A stretch of DNA of 64,000 bases from Bacteroidota bacterium (GCA_947451115.1 CANFXV010000007.1:3171-67170); one strand, 5' to 3'; positions 19,648 to 29,219 are shown, counted from the first letter of the stretch. Notes: generated from the letters alone by a model not told the origin. Made by a program: numbers and translations.

Positions 19648-20979
19648 ATGTTTAATAGTTTGAGTGAAAAATTAGAATCTGCGTTTAAGCACCTTAAAGG
19701 TCAGGCTAGAATCAATGAATTGAATGTGGCCAATACCTTAAAAGACATTCGAAAAGCATTGTTGGATGCCGATGTCAATTTTAAAATTGCCAAAGAGTTT
19801 ACTGATAGTATCAAAGAAAAAGCCATTGGTGAAAAAGTCATCAATGCCATCAGTCCTGGTCAGTTGATGACCAAGATTGTGCAGGATGAGCTAACTAAAC
19901 TAATGGGCACAGAAGCCGCCATTTTGGATTTGAGCAAAAGCCCAACTATCATTTTAGTAGCAGGTTTACAAGGTTCGGGTAAAACTACTTTTTCAGGTAA
20001 ATTGGCTACTTATTTAAAAGCACAAAAAAAATCTCCCTTATTAGTAGCAGCTGATATTTATCGTCCTGCGGCCATGGATCAATTGACCGTACTCGCTGAA
20101 CAAATTGGGGTTGATATTTTTGTTGAAAGAGAAAATAAAGATGCGGTAGCGATTGCACAAAATGCCATCGTGTATGCCAAAGCCAATAATAAAAATGTGA
20201 TCATCATAGATACTGCAGGTAGATTGGCCGTGGATGAAATGATGATGAATGAAGTAGCCAATATTAAAAATGCCATTCAACCACAAGAAATTTTATTTGT
20301 AGTGGATGCTATGACTGGACAAGATGCAGTCAATACCGCTAAGGCTTTCAACGATCGTCTAGATTTTACTGGTGTGGTGTTAACAAAGTTAGATGGAGAT
20401 ACTAGAGGCGGGGCAGCACTATCTATTAAATATACTGTCAATAAGCCCATCAAGTTTATGAGCAGTGGGGAGAAGATGGAAACTTTGGATATTTTTTATC
20501 CAGAGCGTATGGCCCAAAGAATTTTAGGCATGGGTGATATTACTTCCTTGGTTGAAAAAGCACAAGCGAATTACGATGAAGCAGCGGCAAAAAAATTAGA
20601 GAAAAAAATTCGCAAGAATCAATTTGACTTCGAAGATTTTTTAACACAGATTCACCAAATAAAAAAAATGGGGAATTTGAAAGACATCATGGGCATGATT
20701 CCAGGCATGGGCAAAAGTTTAAAAGACATCGATATTAAAGACGATGCCTTTAAAGGCGTAGAGGCCATCATTCAATCCATGACCATTGTTGAAAGACGTA
20801 ATCCAGAGCTATTGAATCCAAGTAGAAAACAAAGAATTGCCAAAGGGGCGGGTAAAGACATAGGTGAAATCAATGCCTTTATCAAACAATTTGACCAAAT
20901 GAAACAGATGATGAAGCAGATGAGTGGTCAGATGCCAGGAGGCCCAATGGGTGGTAAAATGCCTGGGTTAAGAAGATAA
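19648..20979 (+). CDS. ffh: Signal recognition particle protein
   Basis: ALLDADV, GLQGSGKTT, DTAGR, TKLDGD.RGGAALS and a Met-rich M domain. Confidence 0.97.
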   Translation: MFNSLSEKLESAFKHLKGQARINELNVANTLKDIRKALLDADVNFKIAKEFTDSIKEKAIGEKVINAISPGQLMTKIVQDELTKLMGTEAAILDLSKSPTIILVAGLQGSGKTTFSGKLATYLKAQKKSPLLVAADIYRPAAMDQLTVLAEQIGVDIFVERENKDAVAIAQNAIVYAKANNKNVIIIDTAGRLAVDEMMMNEVANIKNAIQPQEILFVVDAMTGQDAVNTAKAFNDRLDFTGVVLTKLDGDTRGGAALSIKYTVNKPIKFMSSGEKMETLDIFYPERMAQRILGMGDITSLVEKAQANYDEAAAKKLEKKIRKNQFDFEDFLTQIHQIKKMGNLKDIMGMIPGMGKSLKDIDIKDDAFKGVEAIIQSMTIVERRNPELLNPSRKQRIAKGAGKDIGEINAFIKQFDQMKQMMKQMSGQMPGGPMGGKMPGLRR

Positions 20980-21034
20980 GTAGCTGATAATCAATCTATT
21001 TTAGGATAAACTTGTATGGTATTTCCCTTTCTCC

Positions 21035-21042
21035 TATATTTG
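21035..21042 (+). promoter_or_regulatory. -7 promoter element (TATATTTG) for rpsP
   Basis: Exact TAnnTTTG in the ffh-rpsP spacer. Confidence 0.65.
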
Positions 21043-21088
21043 CATCCAGTTAACCCTATTTAATAACGCCTATAAATTTCTATTTAAA

Positions 21089-21589
21089 ATGGCAGTAAAG
21101 ATCAGACTACAGCGTCATGGTAGTAAAAAAAGGCCTTTCTACTTCATAGTAGTAGCCGACGGACGCGCACCAAGAGATGGTAAATTCATCCAAAAAATTG
21201 GTACTTACAATCCTTTAACAGTTCCTGCGACTATCCAATTGGATCGTCAAAAAGCTTTAGAGTGGTTAAACAAAGGAGCTGTACCTACAGATACAGTCCA
21301 CAACATTTTATCTTACAAAGGTGTACTTTATTTAAAGCACTTACTTCGTGGAGTTAAATTAGGTTTGTTTGATGATGCTACTGCAATGGCTAAGTTCCAA
21401 ACTTGGTATGCAGAACATGAATCAAAAATTGCAAGCACAAGTGATACACACAAAAAAGCTCAAGCAGCTAAAAAAGTGTATGTACCTGTAGTGAAAAAAG
21501 TAGCAGAAGTGGAAGCTCCAGTAGCCGAAGCTGCTCCTGCTGAAGAAGCACCAGCTGCTGAAGAAGCAACTGAAACACCTGCTGAATAA
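21089..21589 (+). CDS. rpsP: 30S ribosomal protein S16 with an acidic Ala/Pro-rich C-terminal extension
   Basis: [27 protein letters not shown] motif. Confidence 0.96.
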   Translation: MAVKIRLQRHGSKKRPFYFIVVADGRAPRDGKFIQKIGTYNPLTVPATIQLDRQKALEWLNKGAVPTDTVHNILSYKGVLYLKHLLRGVKLGLFDDATAMAKFQTWYAEHESKIASTSDTHKKAQAAKKVYVPVVKKVAEVEAPVAEAAPAEEAPAAEEATETPAE

Positions 21590-21609
21590 TTTTATTATTA
21601 CATAGCTTT

Positions 21610-21645
21610 AAAACCCTGGTTTCCTTTTGGAAGCTGGGGTTTTTT
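21610..21645 (+). terminator. Rho-independent terminator after rpsP
   Basis: AAAACCCTGGTTTCC-TTTT-GGAAGCTGGGGTTTT hairpin with G-U pairs and a T tract. Confidence 0.75.
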
Positions 21646-21675
21646 CTTGAAAGTAGCTTTTGATCATAAAAAATT

Positions 21676-21683
21676 TAAATTTG
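21676..21683 (+). promoter_or_regulatory. -7 promoter element (TAAATTTG) abutting the rimM start
   Basis: TAnnTTTG, then CTG, then ATG at 21687, located downstream of a terminator. Confidence 0.55.
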
Positions 21684-21686
21684 CTG

Positions 21687-22220
21687 ATGAGTGAATATGT
21701 ACATATAGGTAAATTGGTGGCGCCACATGGGGTAGCCGGGCATATTATTTTAGAGCATGCACTTGGGAAACCTATTTCGTTCAAAGGAATTACTACTTTA
21801 TTTATTGAAAAAAACGCAGCTAGTTTCATTCCCTATTTTATTGTAGCGGCGAGTGCTAAAACTGAAACTTTAACACATGTACAAATGGAGGGCATCTCTA
21901 CTAGAGAAGCCACTGCTATGCTGATTGGTAAAAAAGTGTGGCTACCTCAGGCCGATTTTCAAAAACTAGTCAACAAAAATTCGCCCTTAGCTTTAATGGG
22001 GTATGCGGTACAAGAAAATGGCAAAACTATTGGTGTGATTCAAGAAATCATAGAACAACCCCATCAATTATTGGTGACCATACTATACAAGGGGCAGGAA
22101 GCCTATATTCCTTTACATGAAGAAAGTCTTAAAGGGGTAGACCATGCCAAAAAAACAGTAACAGTGGAACTGCCAGAGGGGTTGCTTGACCTATACAGTT
22201 CCGAAAACCCAACAGAATAA
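21687..22220 (+). CDS. rimM: Ribosome maturation factor RimM
   Basis: IGKLVAPHGVAG...YIP...LPEGLLDLY motifs. Follows rpsP. Confidence 0.9.
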   Translation: MSEYVHIGKLVAPHGVAGHIILEHALGKPISFKGITTLFIEKNAASFIPYFIVAASAKTETLTHVQMEGISTREATAMLIGKKVWLPQADFQKLVNKNSPLALMGYAVQENGKTIGVIQEIIEQPHQLLVTILYKGQEAYIPLHEESLKGVDHAKKTVTVELPEGLLDLYSSENPTE

Positions 22221-22294
22221 TCGTATTTAAATAACAGTAATTAAGCTGTAAAAAAATAATTTCTTAAAAGTCTACTAAATTAGTAGAAAATACA

Positions 22295-22302
22295 TATCTT
22301 TG
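22295..22302 (+). promoter_or_regulatory. -7 promoter element (TATCTTTG) for the peroxiredoxin gene
   Basis: Exact TAnnTTTG. Supports the ATG at 22330 over the TTG at 22300. Confidence 0.65.
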
Positions 22303-22329
22303 CGCTATCACTATAAAAAACAGAATTAT

Positions 22330-22965
22330 ATGAGTTTAAGATTAGGCGATATCGCACCAGATTTTAAAGCCAAAACAAGTATTGGCGACATTAGTTTTCA
22401 TGAATATTTAGGAGACAGTTGGGGAATATTATTTTCACATCCTGCTGATTTTACACCTGTCTGTACCACTGAATTAGGACGCACTGCAGCCTTGCAAGAG
22501 GAGTTTGCTAAACGCAATGTAAAAGTACTGGCATTGAGTGTGGACGGTGTGGAGAGTCATCAAAAATGGATTGCCGACATCAATGAAACACAACATGTAA
22601 CTGTTGGTTTTCCTATCATTGCCGATGAAGATAAATCGATCGCAAATGCCTATGACATGATTCATCCCAATGCTTCTGAAACCTTTACGGTTCGTTCTTT
22701 ATTCATCATAGGTCCAGATAAAAAAATTAAATTATCTATCACTTATCCTGCATCTACCGGAAGAAATTTTGTGGAAGTTTTAAGAGTTATTGATTCTTTA
22801 CAATTAACGGCCAATTACAGTGTAGCCACACCCGCTAACTGGGTAGAAGGAGAAGATGTCATTGTAGTACCTGCAGTGAAAACCGAAGATGCCTTGGTTA
22901 AATTTCCTAAAGGATTGAACATTGTAAAACCCTACTTACGCTATACCCCTCAGCCGAATAAATAG
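22330..22965 (+). CDS. 1-Cys peroxiredoxin (Prx6 subfamily)
   Basis: FSHPADFTPVCTTELG, YPASTGRNF and TPANW motifs. Confidence 0.92.
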   Translation: MSLRLGDIAPDFKAKTSIGDISFHEYLGDSWGILFSHPADFTPVCTTELGRTAALQEEFAKRNVKVLALSVDGVESHQKWIADINETQHVTVGFPIIADEDKSIANAYDMIHPNASETFTVRSLFIIGPDKKIKLSITYPASTGRNFVEVLRVIDSLQLTANYSVATPANWVEGEDVIVVPAVKTEDALVKFPKGLNIVKPYLRYTPQPNK

Positions 22966-22979
22966 GCATTATAAGCTTA

Positions 22980-23030
22980 GGCAGTGAACGAGTCTGTAAA
23001 CAGTGTGTCACTGAGATTCGAGTCATTGCC
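22980..23030 (+). ncRNA. Unidentified structured RNA candidate (three stacked stems)
   Basis: GGCAGTGA/TCATTGCC, CGAGTCT/AGATTCG and CAGTG/CACTG pairings. Two G-U wobbles favour the + strand. Family not recognised. Confidence 0.45.
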
Positions 23031-23039
23031 CAACAAATT

Positions 23040-23071
23040 AAACCTCCCCTTTCTAAGGCGGAGGTTTTTTT
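23040..23071 (+). terminator. Rho-independent terminator
   Basis: AAACCTCCCCT-TTCTA-AGGCGGAGGTTT followed by a T run. Confidence 0.75.
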
Positions 23072-23100
23072 GTATATTTATTTTCTAAATAAATATTACC

Positions 23101-24381
23101 ATGCGTTCAATTATTGTTTCGATTATTTTGGCTAGTTGCTTTTTAACGACCCAGGCTCAAAAAACTTATTTGTATTGTGGTCAATTGATTGATGTGCAAC
23201 ATTTGAAAGTAGTGAAAGAAAAAACCATTGTCGTGGAAGGCAACAAGATTGTGGAGGTATTGGACGGCTATGCCAAAGCGGAGGCCAATGACAAAACCAT
23301 TGATTTAAAAACGAGTACCGTCATGCCTGGTTTAATGGACATGCATGTACACATTGAAAGTGAAACCAGTCCTAGTCATTATTTAGATGAGTTTACTTTG
23401 AACACGGCTGACTATGCCTTGGCTGCAGTGCCCATTGCGCAAAGAACATTGATGGCGGGATTTACATCGGTGAGAGATTTAGGTGGATCTGGTGCAAACA
23501 TTTCATTAAGAAAGGCCATACAAAAAGGCTATGTGGTTGGACCAAGAATTTATACAGCAGGAAAAGCCATTGCAACCACGGGTGGTCATGCAGATCCTAC
23601 CAATAGTTATAGAGAAGATTTAATGGGTGATCCTGGTCCAAAAGACGGTGTAGTGAATGGCGTTGAAGATGCCTACAAAGCAGTAAGACAAAGATACAAA
23701 GAGGGCAGTGATGTCATTAAAATTACTGCAAGTGGTGGAGTGTTAAGTATGTCCGCTAATGGACAAAACTCGCAATTTACAGAAGAGGAAATTAAAGCCA
23801 TTGTAGCTGCTGCAAAAGATTATGGATTCAAAGTAGCTGCCCATTGTCATGGCGCAGAGGCAATGAAAAGAGCCATTAGAGCTGGGGTTAATTCTATCGA
23901 ACATGGCACATTAATGGATGAGGAAGTATATCCTTTAATGAAGCAGTATGGTACTTATTTAGTGGCAACAATGATTGCAGGTCGTTCTTCTGCGGACTCG
24001 GCAAAAATTCCTGGTTACTTCCCGCCTGTAGTAGCCAAAAAAGCTTTAGAAATTGGACCCAAGAGCCAAAGTAATTTTGCCAGAGCCTACAAAGAAGGAG
24101 TGAAAATTGCTTTTGGTACAGATGCGGGGGTATTCAAGCATGGCAAAAATTGGCTTGAATTTAAATACATGGAAGAAGCAGGAATGCCTGTGATTGAAGC
24201 CATACAATCTGCTACTTGGAACGCTGCTGATTTAATGGGTACTCAAGCAATCTTAGGTAGTATTGAAAAAAATAAATTGGCAGATATTGTGGCTGTACCG
24301 GGAGATCCTACAAAAAATGTAGACTTAATGGGGCAGATCAATTTTGTGATGAAAGACGGGGTAGTGTATAAGTCAAAATAA
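23101..24381 (+). CDS. Exported metal-dependent amidohydrolase (Xaa-Pro dipeptidase-like)
   Basis: Signal peptide, PGLMDMHVH, IKITASGG, AAHCHG, IEHG and FGTDAG motifs. Confidence 0.82.
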   Translation: MRSIIVSIILASCFLTTQAQKTYLYCGQLIDVQHLKVVKEKTIVVEGNKIVEVLDGYAKAEANDKTIDLKTSTVMPGLMDMHVHIESETSPSHYLDEFTLNTADYALAAVPIAQRTLMAGFTSVRDLGGSGANISLRKAIQKGYVVGPRIYTAGKAIATTGGHADPTNSYREDLMGDPGPKDGVVNGVEDAYKAVRQRYKEGSDVIKITASGGVLSMSANGQNSQFTEEEIKAIVAAAKDYGFKVAAHCHGAEAMKRAIRAGVNSIEHGTLMDEEVYPLMKQYGTYLVATMIAGRSSADSAKIPGYFPPVVAKKALEIGPKSQSNFARAYKEGVKIAFGTDAGVFKHGKNWLEFKYMEEAGMPVIEAIQSATWNAADLMGTQAILGSIEKNKLADIVAVPGDPTKNVDLMGQINFVMKDGVVYKSK

Positions 24382-24383
24382 TT

Positions 24384-25091
24384 TTAACTATTCCATTTAT
24401 TCAACTGCTTTAAACAAGCAGTTAAATCTTTAGGTAAGGGAGCTTCCAATCGGAGCTCCTTTTCTTTGTAGGTAAAGACCAAACTATAAGCATGCAAGGC
24501 TTGTCTTGACATTAAGGGCCTTTCTTCGTCTTCTTCTTTACTCAATTTGAAGTTCTTCTTTTTGATGGAAGACAATAATAGTTTTTCTCCATCGCCATAG
24601 ACATCATCTGCAACAATAGGATGTCCAATTTGTTTGGCGTGCAATCTAATTTGATGGGTTCTTCCCGTATGAATTTGAAAATTCACCCAAGCATATTGCT
24701 TGTAATATTTTTCTACACTGTAAGTAGTTAAAGCAGCCTTTCCTTTGGCATTGATGACCATGGTTCCTTTTTTTACAGGATGTTCCATAATGGGGTTATC
24801 AATACTGCCTTCTTGTGGTGGCCTTCCTTTGACTAGTCCCAAATATTTTTTTTCAATGGTTCTGCCTTCAAACAATTCAGATAATACTTGGTGCGCTGCT
24901 GCATTTTTTGCAAATAAAATTAAGCCACTGGTAAATTGATCTAGTCGATGCACCGTAAATATTTCTCCATACTTTTCTTGCAATTGGGATTTCAGCGAAA
25001 CTTCTTTACCAAATCGATCCGGAATGCTGAATAAACCAGCTGGCTTGTTCAATACGACAATGTCCTCATCCTCAAATAAAATAGTTAACAT
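24384..25091 (-). CDS. RluA-family pseudouridine synthase
   Basis: NKPAG, HRLD, TGRTHQIR and LHA motifs. Confidence 0.9.
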   Translation of the reverse strand: MLTILFEDEDIVVLNKPAGLFSIPDRFGKEVSLKSQLQEKYGEIFTVHRLDQFTSGLILFAKNAAAHQVLSELFEGRTIEKKYLGLVKGRPPQEGSIDNPIMEHPVKKGTMVINAKGKAALTTYSVEKYYKQYAWVNFQIHTGRTHQIRLHAKQIGHPIVADDVYGDGEKLLLSSIKKKNFKLSKEEDEERPLMSRQALHAYSLVFTYKEKELRLEAPLPKDLTACLKQLNKWNS

Positions 25092-25098
25092 GGGGGTA

Positions 25099-26223
25099 TT
25101 AATTGGAAGACTTTCTTGTGAAAGATTTGTTCATGAATTTCAACAACCTCACTTCTTTTTCTGCTAAAAAACGCCATTTGCCGCGATCTACATTTTTCTT
25201 AGTTAAATTGGCAAACATGACTCTATCTAAATGCCTTACATCATAACCTAAATGTTCAAATATGCGGCGTACAATTCTATTCCTGCCGCTGTGAATTTCA
25301 ATACCTATTACGTTCTTAGATGTATTGGACAAATAACTCACTGCATCTGCTGCAATAAAACCATCTTCTAATTCCACCCCTGCTGCAATGGCTTCCATAT
25401 CGGCCTTGGTGACAGGTTTGTCTAAAGTAACCTCGTAGATTTTTTTTATTTCGTAAGAAGGATGTGTTAATTTTTGCGCTAAGTCTCCATCGTTGGTTAG
25501 AATTAAAACACCGGTGGTATTTCTATCCAATCTGCCTACAGGAAACATTCTTTGGGTAGTGGCATTTTTGATAATATCCAATACTGTTTTTCTTCCTTCT
25601 GGATCTGAAGCGGTACAGATATAATCTTTGGGCTTATTCAATAAGATATAAACGGGCGTTACTTGTAATTGTAACACTTTCCCTTTTAGTCTTACTACAT
25701 CTTTGTATTGCACTTTATAGCCTGGTTCTAAAACAATATCACCATTCACCGCCACATGTCCTGATTTCACTAATTCTGCTGCTTCTCTGCGACCCGAAAT
25801 ACCTGCATGGGCAATGTATTTATTCAATGGCATTTGTTCAAAAGGTGTTTCATTGGAAGCCGTTACTTTTCCAATAGACGCTGTTCTTTTAACATCCGCA
25901 CGGTCCATGGAGGCAGGCGTTCTTTTATTGCTAGGGGCTGGTTTACTATTAAAGGATGGTTTTAATTCACCATATTTTGGGGCTGCATTTTTATGTGCAA
26001 AGGTGGGCGCTGTTTTGTTGGAAGGAATTCTTCTTTTATTGTTGCCCAAGGGTTCTACAGGAATGCCTCTTTCTTTGTCTTTTTTTCTTTGACGCATGGC
26101 CTCGCCAGCTGCTCTCATTTCTATTTTGGCTTTCTTTTTTTCTTGTCTGTATTCTTCTTTGACAGCACTGCCCTTTTTCTTATTTGAAAACTTATCAAAG
26201 TTGTCGGATCTTTTGTTGTTCAT
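25099..26223 (-). CDS. rluB: RsuA/RluB-family 23S rRNA pseudouridine synthase with a basic N-terminal extension
   Basis: S4 domain (LNKYIAHAG..RREA), LNKP, VGRLD and GRNRIVRR motifs. Confidence 0.8.
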   Translation of the reverse strand: MNNKRSDNFDKFSNKKKGSAVKEEYRQEKKKAKIEMRAAGEAMRQRKKDKERGIPVEPLGNNKRRIPSNKTAPTFAHKNAAPKYGELKPSFNSKPAPSNKRTPASMDRADVKRTASIGKVTASNETPFEQMPLNKYIAHAGISGRREAAELVKSGHVAVNGDIVLEPGYKVQYKDVVRLKGKVLQLQVTPVYILLNKPKDYICTASDPEGRKTVLDIIKNATTQRMFPVGRLDRNTTGVLILTNDGDLAQKLTHPSYEIKKIYEVTLDKPVTKADMEAIAAGVELEDGFIAADAVSYLSNTSKNVIGIEIHSGRNRIVRRIFEHLGYDVRHLDRVMFANLTKKNVDRGKWRFLAEKEVRLLKFMNKSFTRKSSN

Positions 26224-26234
26224 GGCCTGCTGTA

Positions 26235-27284
26235 TTAAAAATTATCCTTGTTTGCTAATTGGCCACAAGCTGCATCAATGTCTTTACCTCTACTTCTTCT
26301 TATTCTTACATTGACTCTGTTCTTTTGTAAAATTTCTACAAATCTTTCAAAACCTTCTTCATCAGGTTTATCAAACGGGAAAATATCTACTGGATTGTAC
26401 TCAATTACATTGATTAAATCAGCAGGCACTTGTCTGTATATCTTGGTCAACTCTTCTGCATCTTTTTCTGAATCGTTGAAGTCTTTAAATAAGATATATT
26501 CAAAAGTTACTTCACTACCTGTTTTTTTATAAAAATAATTCAATGCTTCAATCAAGGCTTTGATGTTGTTGCTTTCATTGATGGGCATGATTTCATTGCG
26601 CTTTTTATCATTGGCAGCATGAAGAGAAAGTGCCAGTTTAAATTTAACATTGTCGTCGCCTAATTGTCTAATTTGTTTTACAATACCTGCAGTAGATACG
26701 GTGATGCGTTTCGCACTCATGCCCAATCCATCGGGCGAAGTAATTTTATCTATGGCCTTAAGTACATTGTGGTAATTCATCAAAGGTTCCCCCATCCCCA
26801 TAAAAACAATATTGCTTAAATGCTTGTCATAGTTGGCTTCGCTTTGTTGAAGGATATACACCACTTGATCATAAATTTCGTCAAATGTTAAATTTCTTTT
26901 TCTAGCCATTGTGCCTGTAGCACAAAACTTGCAACTTAAACTACAACCAATTTGAGAAGAAACGCAGGCTGTTTTGCGAAGGGTAGTTGGGATAAGTACA
27001 CCTTCGATCATATGATCATCAAAAGTTTTGAAACGTGTTTTTAAGGTTCCATCCTCACTCAATTGCGTGGTGCTAATGGTTAAAGCAGGCAATTGATAAT
27101 GCTCCTCTAATTGTTTTCTTAAGTCCTTGCTTAAGTTGGTCATTTCGTCAAAGCTATGGGCATGTTTTTGCCACAACCATTCAACGATTTGCTTGACACG
27201 AAAAGGCTTTTCGCCTATTTTGCCTATAAAGCGTTCAATATCAGCGACTTCGACCTGTCTAATGTTCTCTCTAATCTTCTCCAT
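26235..27284 (-). CDS. rlmN: 23S rRNA m2A2503 radical-SAM methyltransferase
   Basis: CVSSQIGCSLSCKFC, MGMGEP, SLHA and DIDAACGQL motifs. Confidence 0.95.
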   Translation of the reverse strand: MEKIRENIRQVEVADIERFIGKIGEKPFRVKQIVEWLWQKHAHSFDEMTNLSKDLRKQLEEHYQLPALTISTTQLSEDGTLKTRFKTFDDHMIEGVLIPTTLRKTACVSSQIGCSLSCKFCATGTMARKRNLTFDEIYDQVVYILQQSEANYDKHLSNIVFMGMGEPLMNYHNVLKAIDKITSPDGLGMSAKRITVSTAGIVKQIRQLGDDNVKFKLALSLHAANDKKRNEIMPINESNNIKALIEALNYFYKKTGSEVTFEYILFKDFNDSEKDAEELTKIYRQVPADLINVIEYNPVDIFPFDKPDEEGFERFVEILQKNRVNVRIRRSRGKDIDAACGQLANKDNF

Positions 27285-27288
27285 AATG

Positions 27289-27296
27289 CAAAGATA
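27289..27296 (-). promoter_or_regulatory. -7 promoter element (TATCTTTG) abutting the rlmN start
   Basis: TAnnTTTG, then CATT, then ATG. Confidence 0.6.
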
Positions 27297-27464
27297 CTTG
27301 ATAGGATTTGTATACTTTTAATTCTTTTTTTTAGCCCATTTGGCTTAGTAATTATCAATATATTAAGTTTATAAATTTAGGACCATCATTTTAATAATTT
27401 CGAATTCATTTTACTTAATTTCGAAGGGCACGTAGTAGTGCAACCAAACTTAAAAAATAAAATT

Positions 27465-27851
27465 ATGAAAAAATTATTCTTACTAGCCTCATTGATGATG
27501 GGTTTAATGGTCACAGTGAATGCTCAATCAAGTGCTTTAAAAGATTATCTTGGAAAATACGCTTTCCCTGAAGGAAGCCCTGTAGATGTAGTTACCTTAA
27601 CTATAGAAGATACCGTTTTAGTGAGCAATACTTCCATGGGTTCTACGCCATTGGAAAGAAAAGGAGTGGATACTTTTTACTTGGCTGCTTACGATGCTTC
27701 TGTGATTTTTAAAAGAGATGCGAACAATGCAGTTATTTCTGTTACCATTTCTGTACAAGGCATGGAATTGATTGGTAAAAAACAACCCAATACTACTGCT
27801 TACAAAAAAGAAGAATTTTACAACGAGCTTTTTGCTAGTCGTTGTGAATAA
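27465..27851 (+). CDS. Small exported hypothetical protein (possibly DUF3471-like)
   Basis: MKKLFLL...VNAQ signal peptide and an L.DY.GKY beta-rich domain. Family assignment is tentative. Confidence 0.6.
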   Translation: MKKLFLLASLMMGLMVTVNAQSSALKDYLGKYAFPEGSPVDVVTLTIEDTVLVSNTSMGSTPLERKGVDTFYLAAYDASVIFKRDANNAVISVTISVQGMELIGKKQPNTTAYKKEEFYNELFASRCE

Positions 27852-29219
27852 TTAGAAACTGTAATTCATAAGTTCAGTAAAAGGAATAGTCTTTTGAATG
27901 CCGGTGATGATGTTTTTGATAGTACATTCTTTTTTGGCTAATTCTTCTGTTCCAATAATGATGACATTGGGTATTCCTTTCTTCTCTGCATATTTAAATT
28001 GCTTGTCAAATTTGCTCTTCTCGGGGTAAATTTCACAAGCAATTTTTTTATTTCTAAGTAGGGTCATTTGTTGGTAAGCAGTTTGTGCTTCCAATTCCCC
28101 TAAATTAAAAAATAGTATTTCTGTGCTTTGTTCAATTGATGTAGGAAATAATTTTTTCTCTTCCATGACATCGTATATTCTATCTACCCCAAAACTTATG
28201 CCAACGCCAGGTATATTGGGTACCCCAAATAAACTAGTCAAATCATTGTAACGTCCACCTCCGCCAATGCTGCCCATCTCTGTATCCAAGGCCTTCACCT
28301 CAAAAATAAGCCCAGTATAGTAATTGAGCCCTCTAGCCAAAGTAAAATCGGCGACCAATTGTTTACTCATTCCACTTGCTTCGTGGTATTGCAAAACATA
28401 ATTTAATTCTTCAATTCCATTTGCAACGCTTTCATTGCCCGCTAGTAAATTTTTAAGTGCGGCAATTTTTTCTGCATTGCTTCCTTTAATAGTTAAATAT
28501 TGTTGAATAGTTTGTTGTTGATCCGCAGAAAATCCTTTGTTCTTTAATTCTTCTTGAACTTTCTCCCAACCAATTTTATCTAATTTGTCAATGGCAATGG
28601 TTAAGTCAATTAATTTAGCTTCACCACCACAAAACTGGGCCAGACCTAATAAAATTTTTCGGTTGTTCATTTTTACTTCTACCGGCAAATTTAATTGAGC
28701 AAAAGCGGTCAGGTACACCGACATTAAATCTACTTCGTTGAGTAAGCTCTCACTGCCCACTACATCCGCATCGCATTGATAAAATTCACGGTACCTTCCT
28801 TTTTGAGGTCGGTCGGCACGCCATACGGGTTGTATTTGATATCTTTTAAAAGGAAAATTTAATGAACCATGGTTCATGGCTACATACCTAGCAAAAGGGA
28901 TCGTTAAGTCATACCTTAAAGCACGTTCTGTCAATGCCGGGCTACTTTTTCCCGCAAACATTTTTTCAATGCCTTCTAAGGTTTGTTCTTTTTTTTGCGG
29001 TAAGTCTAATCCGTTATTTAAAATCTTAAATATTAATTTATCTCCTTCCTCTCCATATTTACCCATCAAGGTTTCTAGGTTTTCCATAGCAGGTGTTTCC
29101 AATGCCTGGAACCCATACAATTCAAAAACCGTTTTAATGGTTTGAAAAATATACTGACGTTTTTGAACCGTGGCTGCATTAAAATCTCTGGTGCCTTGTG
29201 GCAGAGATGGTTTACTCAT
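27852..29219 (-). CDS. hisS: Histidine--tRNA ligase
   Basis: GTRDF, LRYDLT.PFAR, WRADRPQKGRYREFYQCD, ARGLNYYTG and GGGGRY motifs. Confidence 0.96.
   Translation of the reverse strand: MSKPSLPQGTRDFNAATVQKRQYIFQTIKTVFELYGFQALETPAMENLETLMGKYGEEGDKLIFKILNNGLDLPQKKEQTLEGIEKMFAGKSSPALTERALRYDLTIPFARYVAMNHGSLNFPFKRYQIQPVWRADRPQKGRYREFYQCDADVVGSESLLNEVDLMSVYLTAFAQLNLPVEVKMNNRKILLGLAQFCGGEAKLIDLTIAIDKLDKIGWEKVQEELKNKGFSADQQQTIQQYLTIKGSNAEKIAALKNLLAGNESVANGIEELNYVLQYHEASGMSKQLVADFTLARGLNYYTGLIFEVKALDTEMGSIGGGGRYNDLTSLFGVPNIPGVGISFGVDRIYDVMEEKKLFPTSIEQSTEILFFNLGELEAQTAYQQMTLLRNKKIACEIYPEKSKFDKQFKYAEKKGIPNVIIIGTEELAKKECTIKNIITGIQKTIPFTELMNYSF

Noticed and set aside
21480-21589. Repetitive GCT/GAA-rich tail of rpsP
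   Set aside because: Low-complexity acidic extension typical of Bacteroidota S16.
22980-23030. SRP RNA (ffs), suggested by proximity to ffh, or a TPP riboswitch (CTGAGA)
   Set aside because: No SRP domain IV motif on either strand and none of the other TPP conserved segments. Kept only as an unidentified structure.
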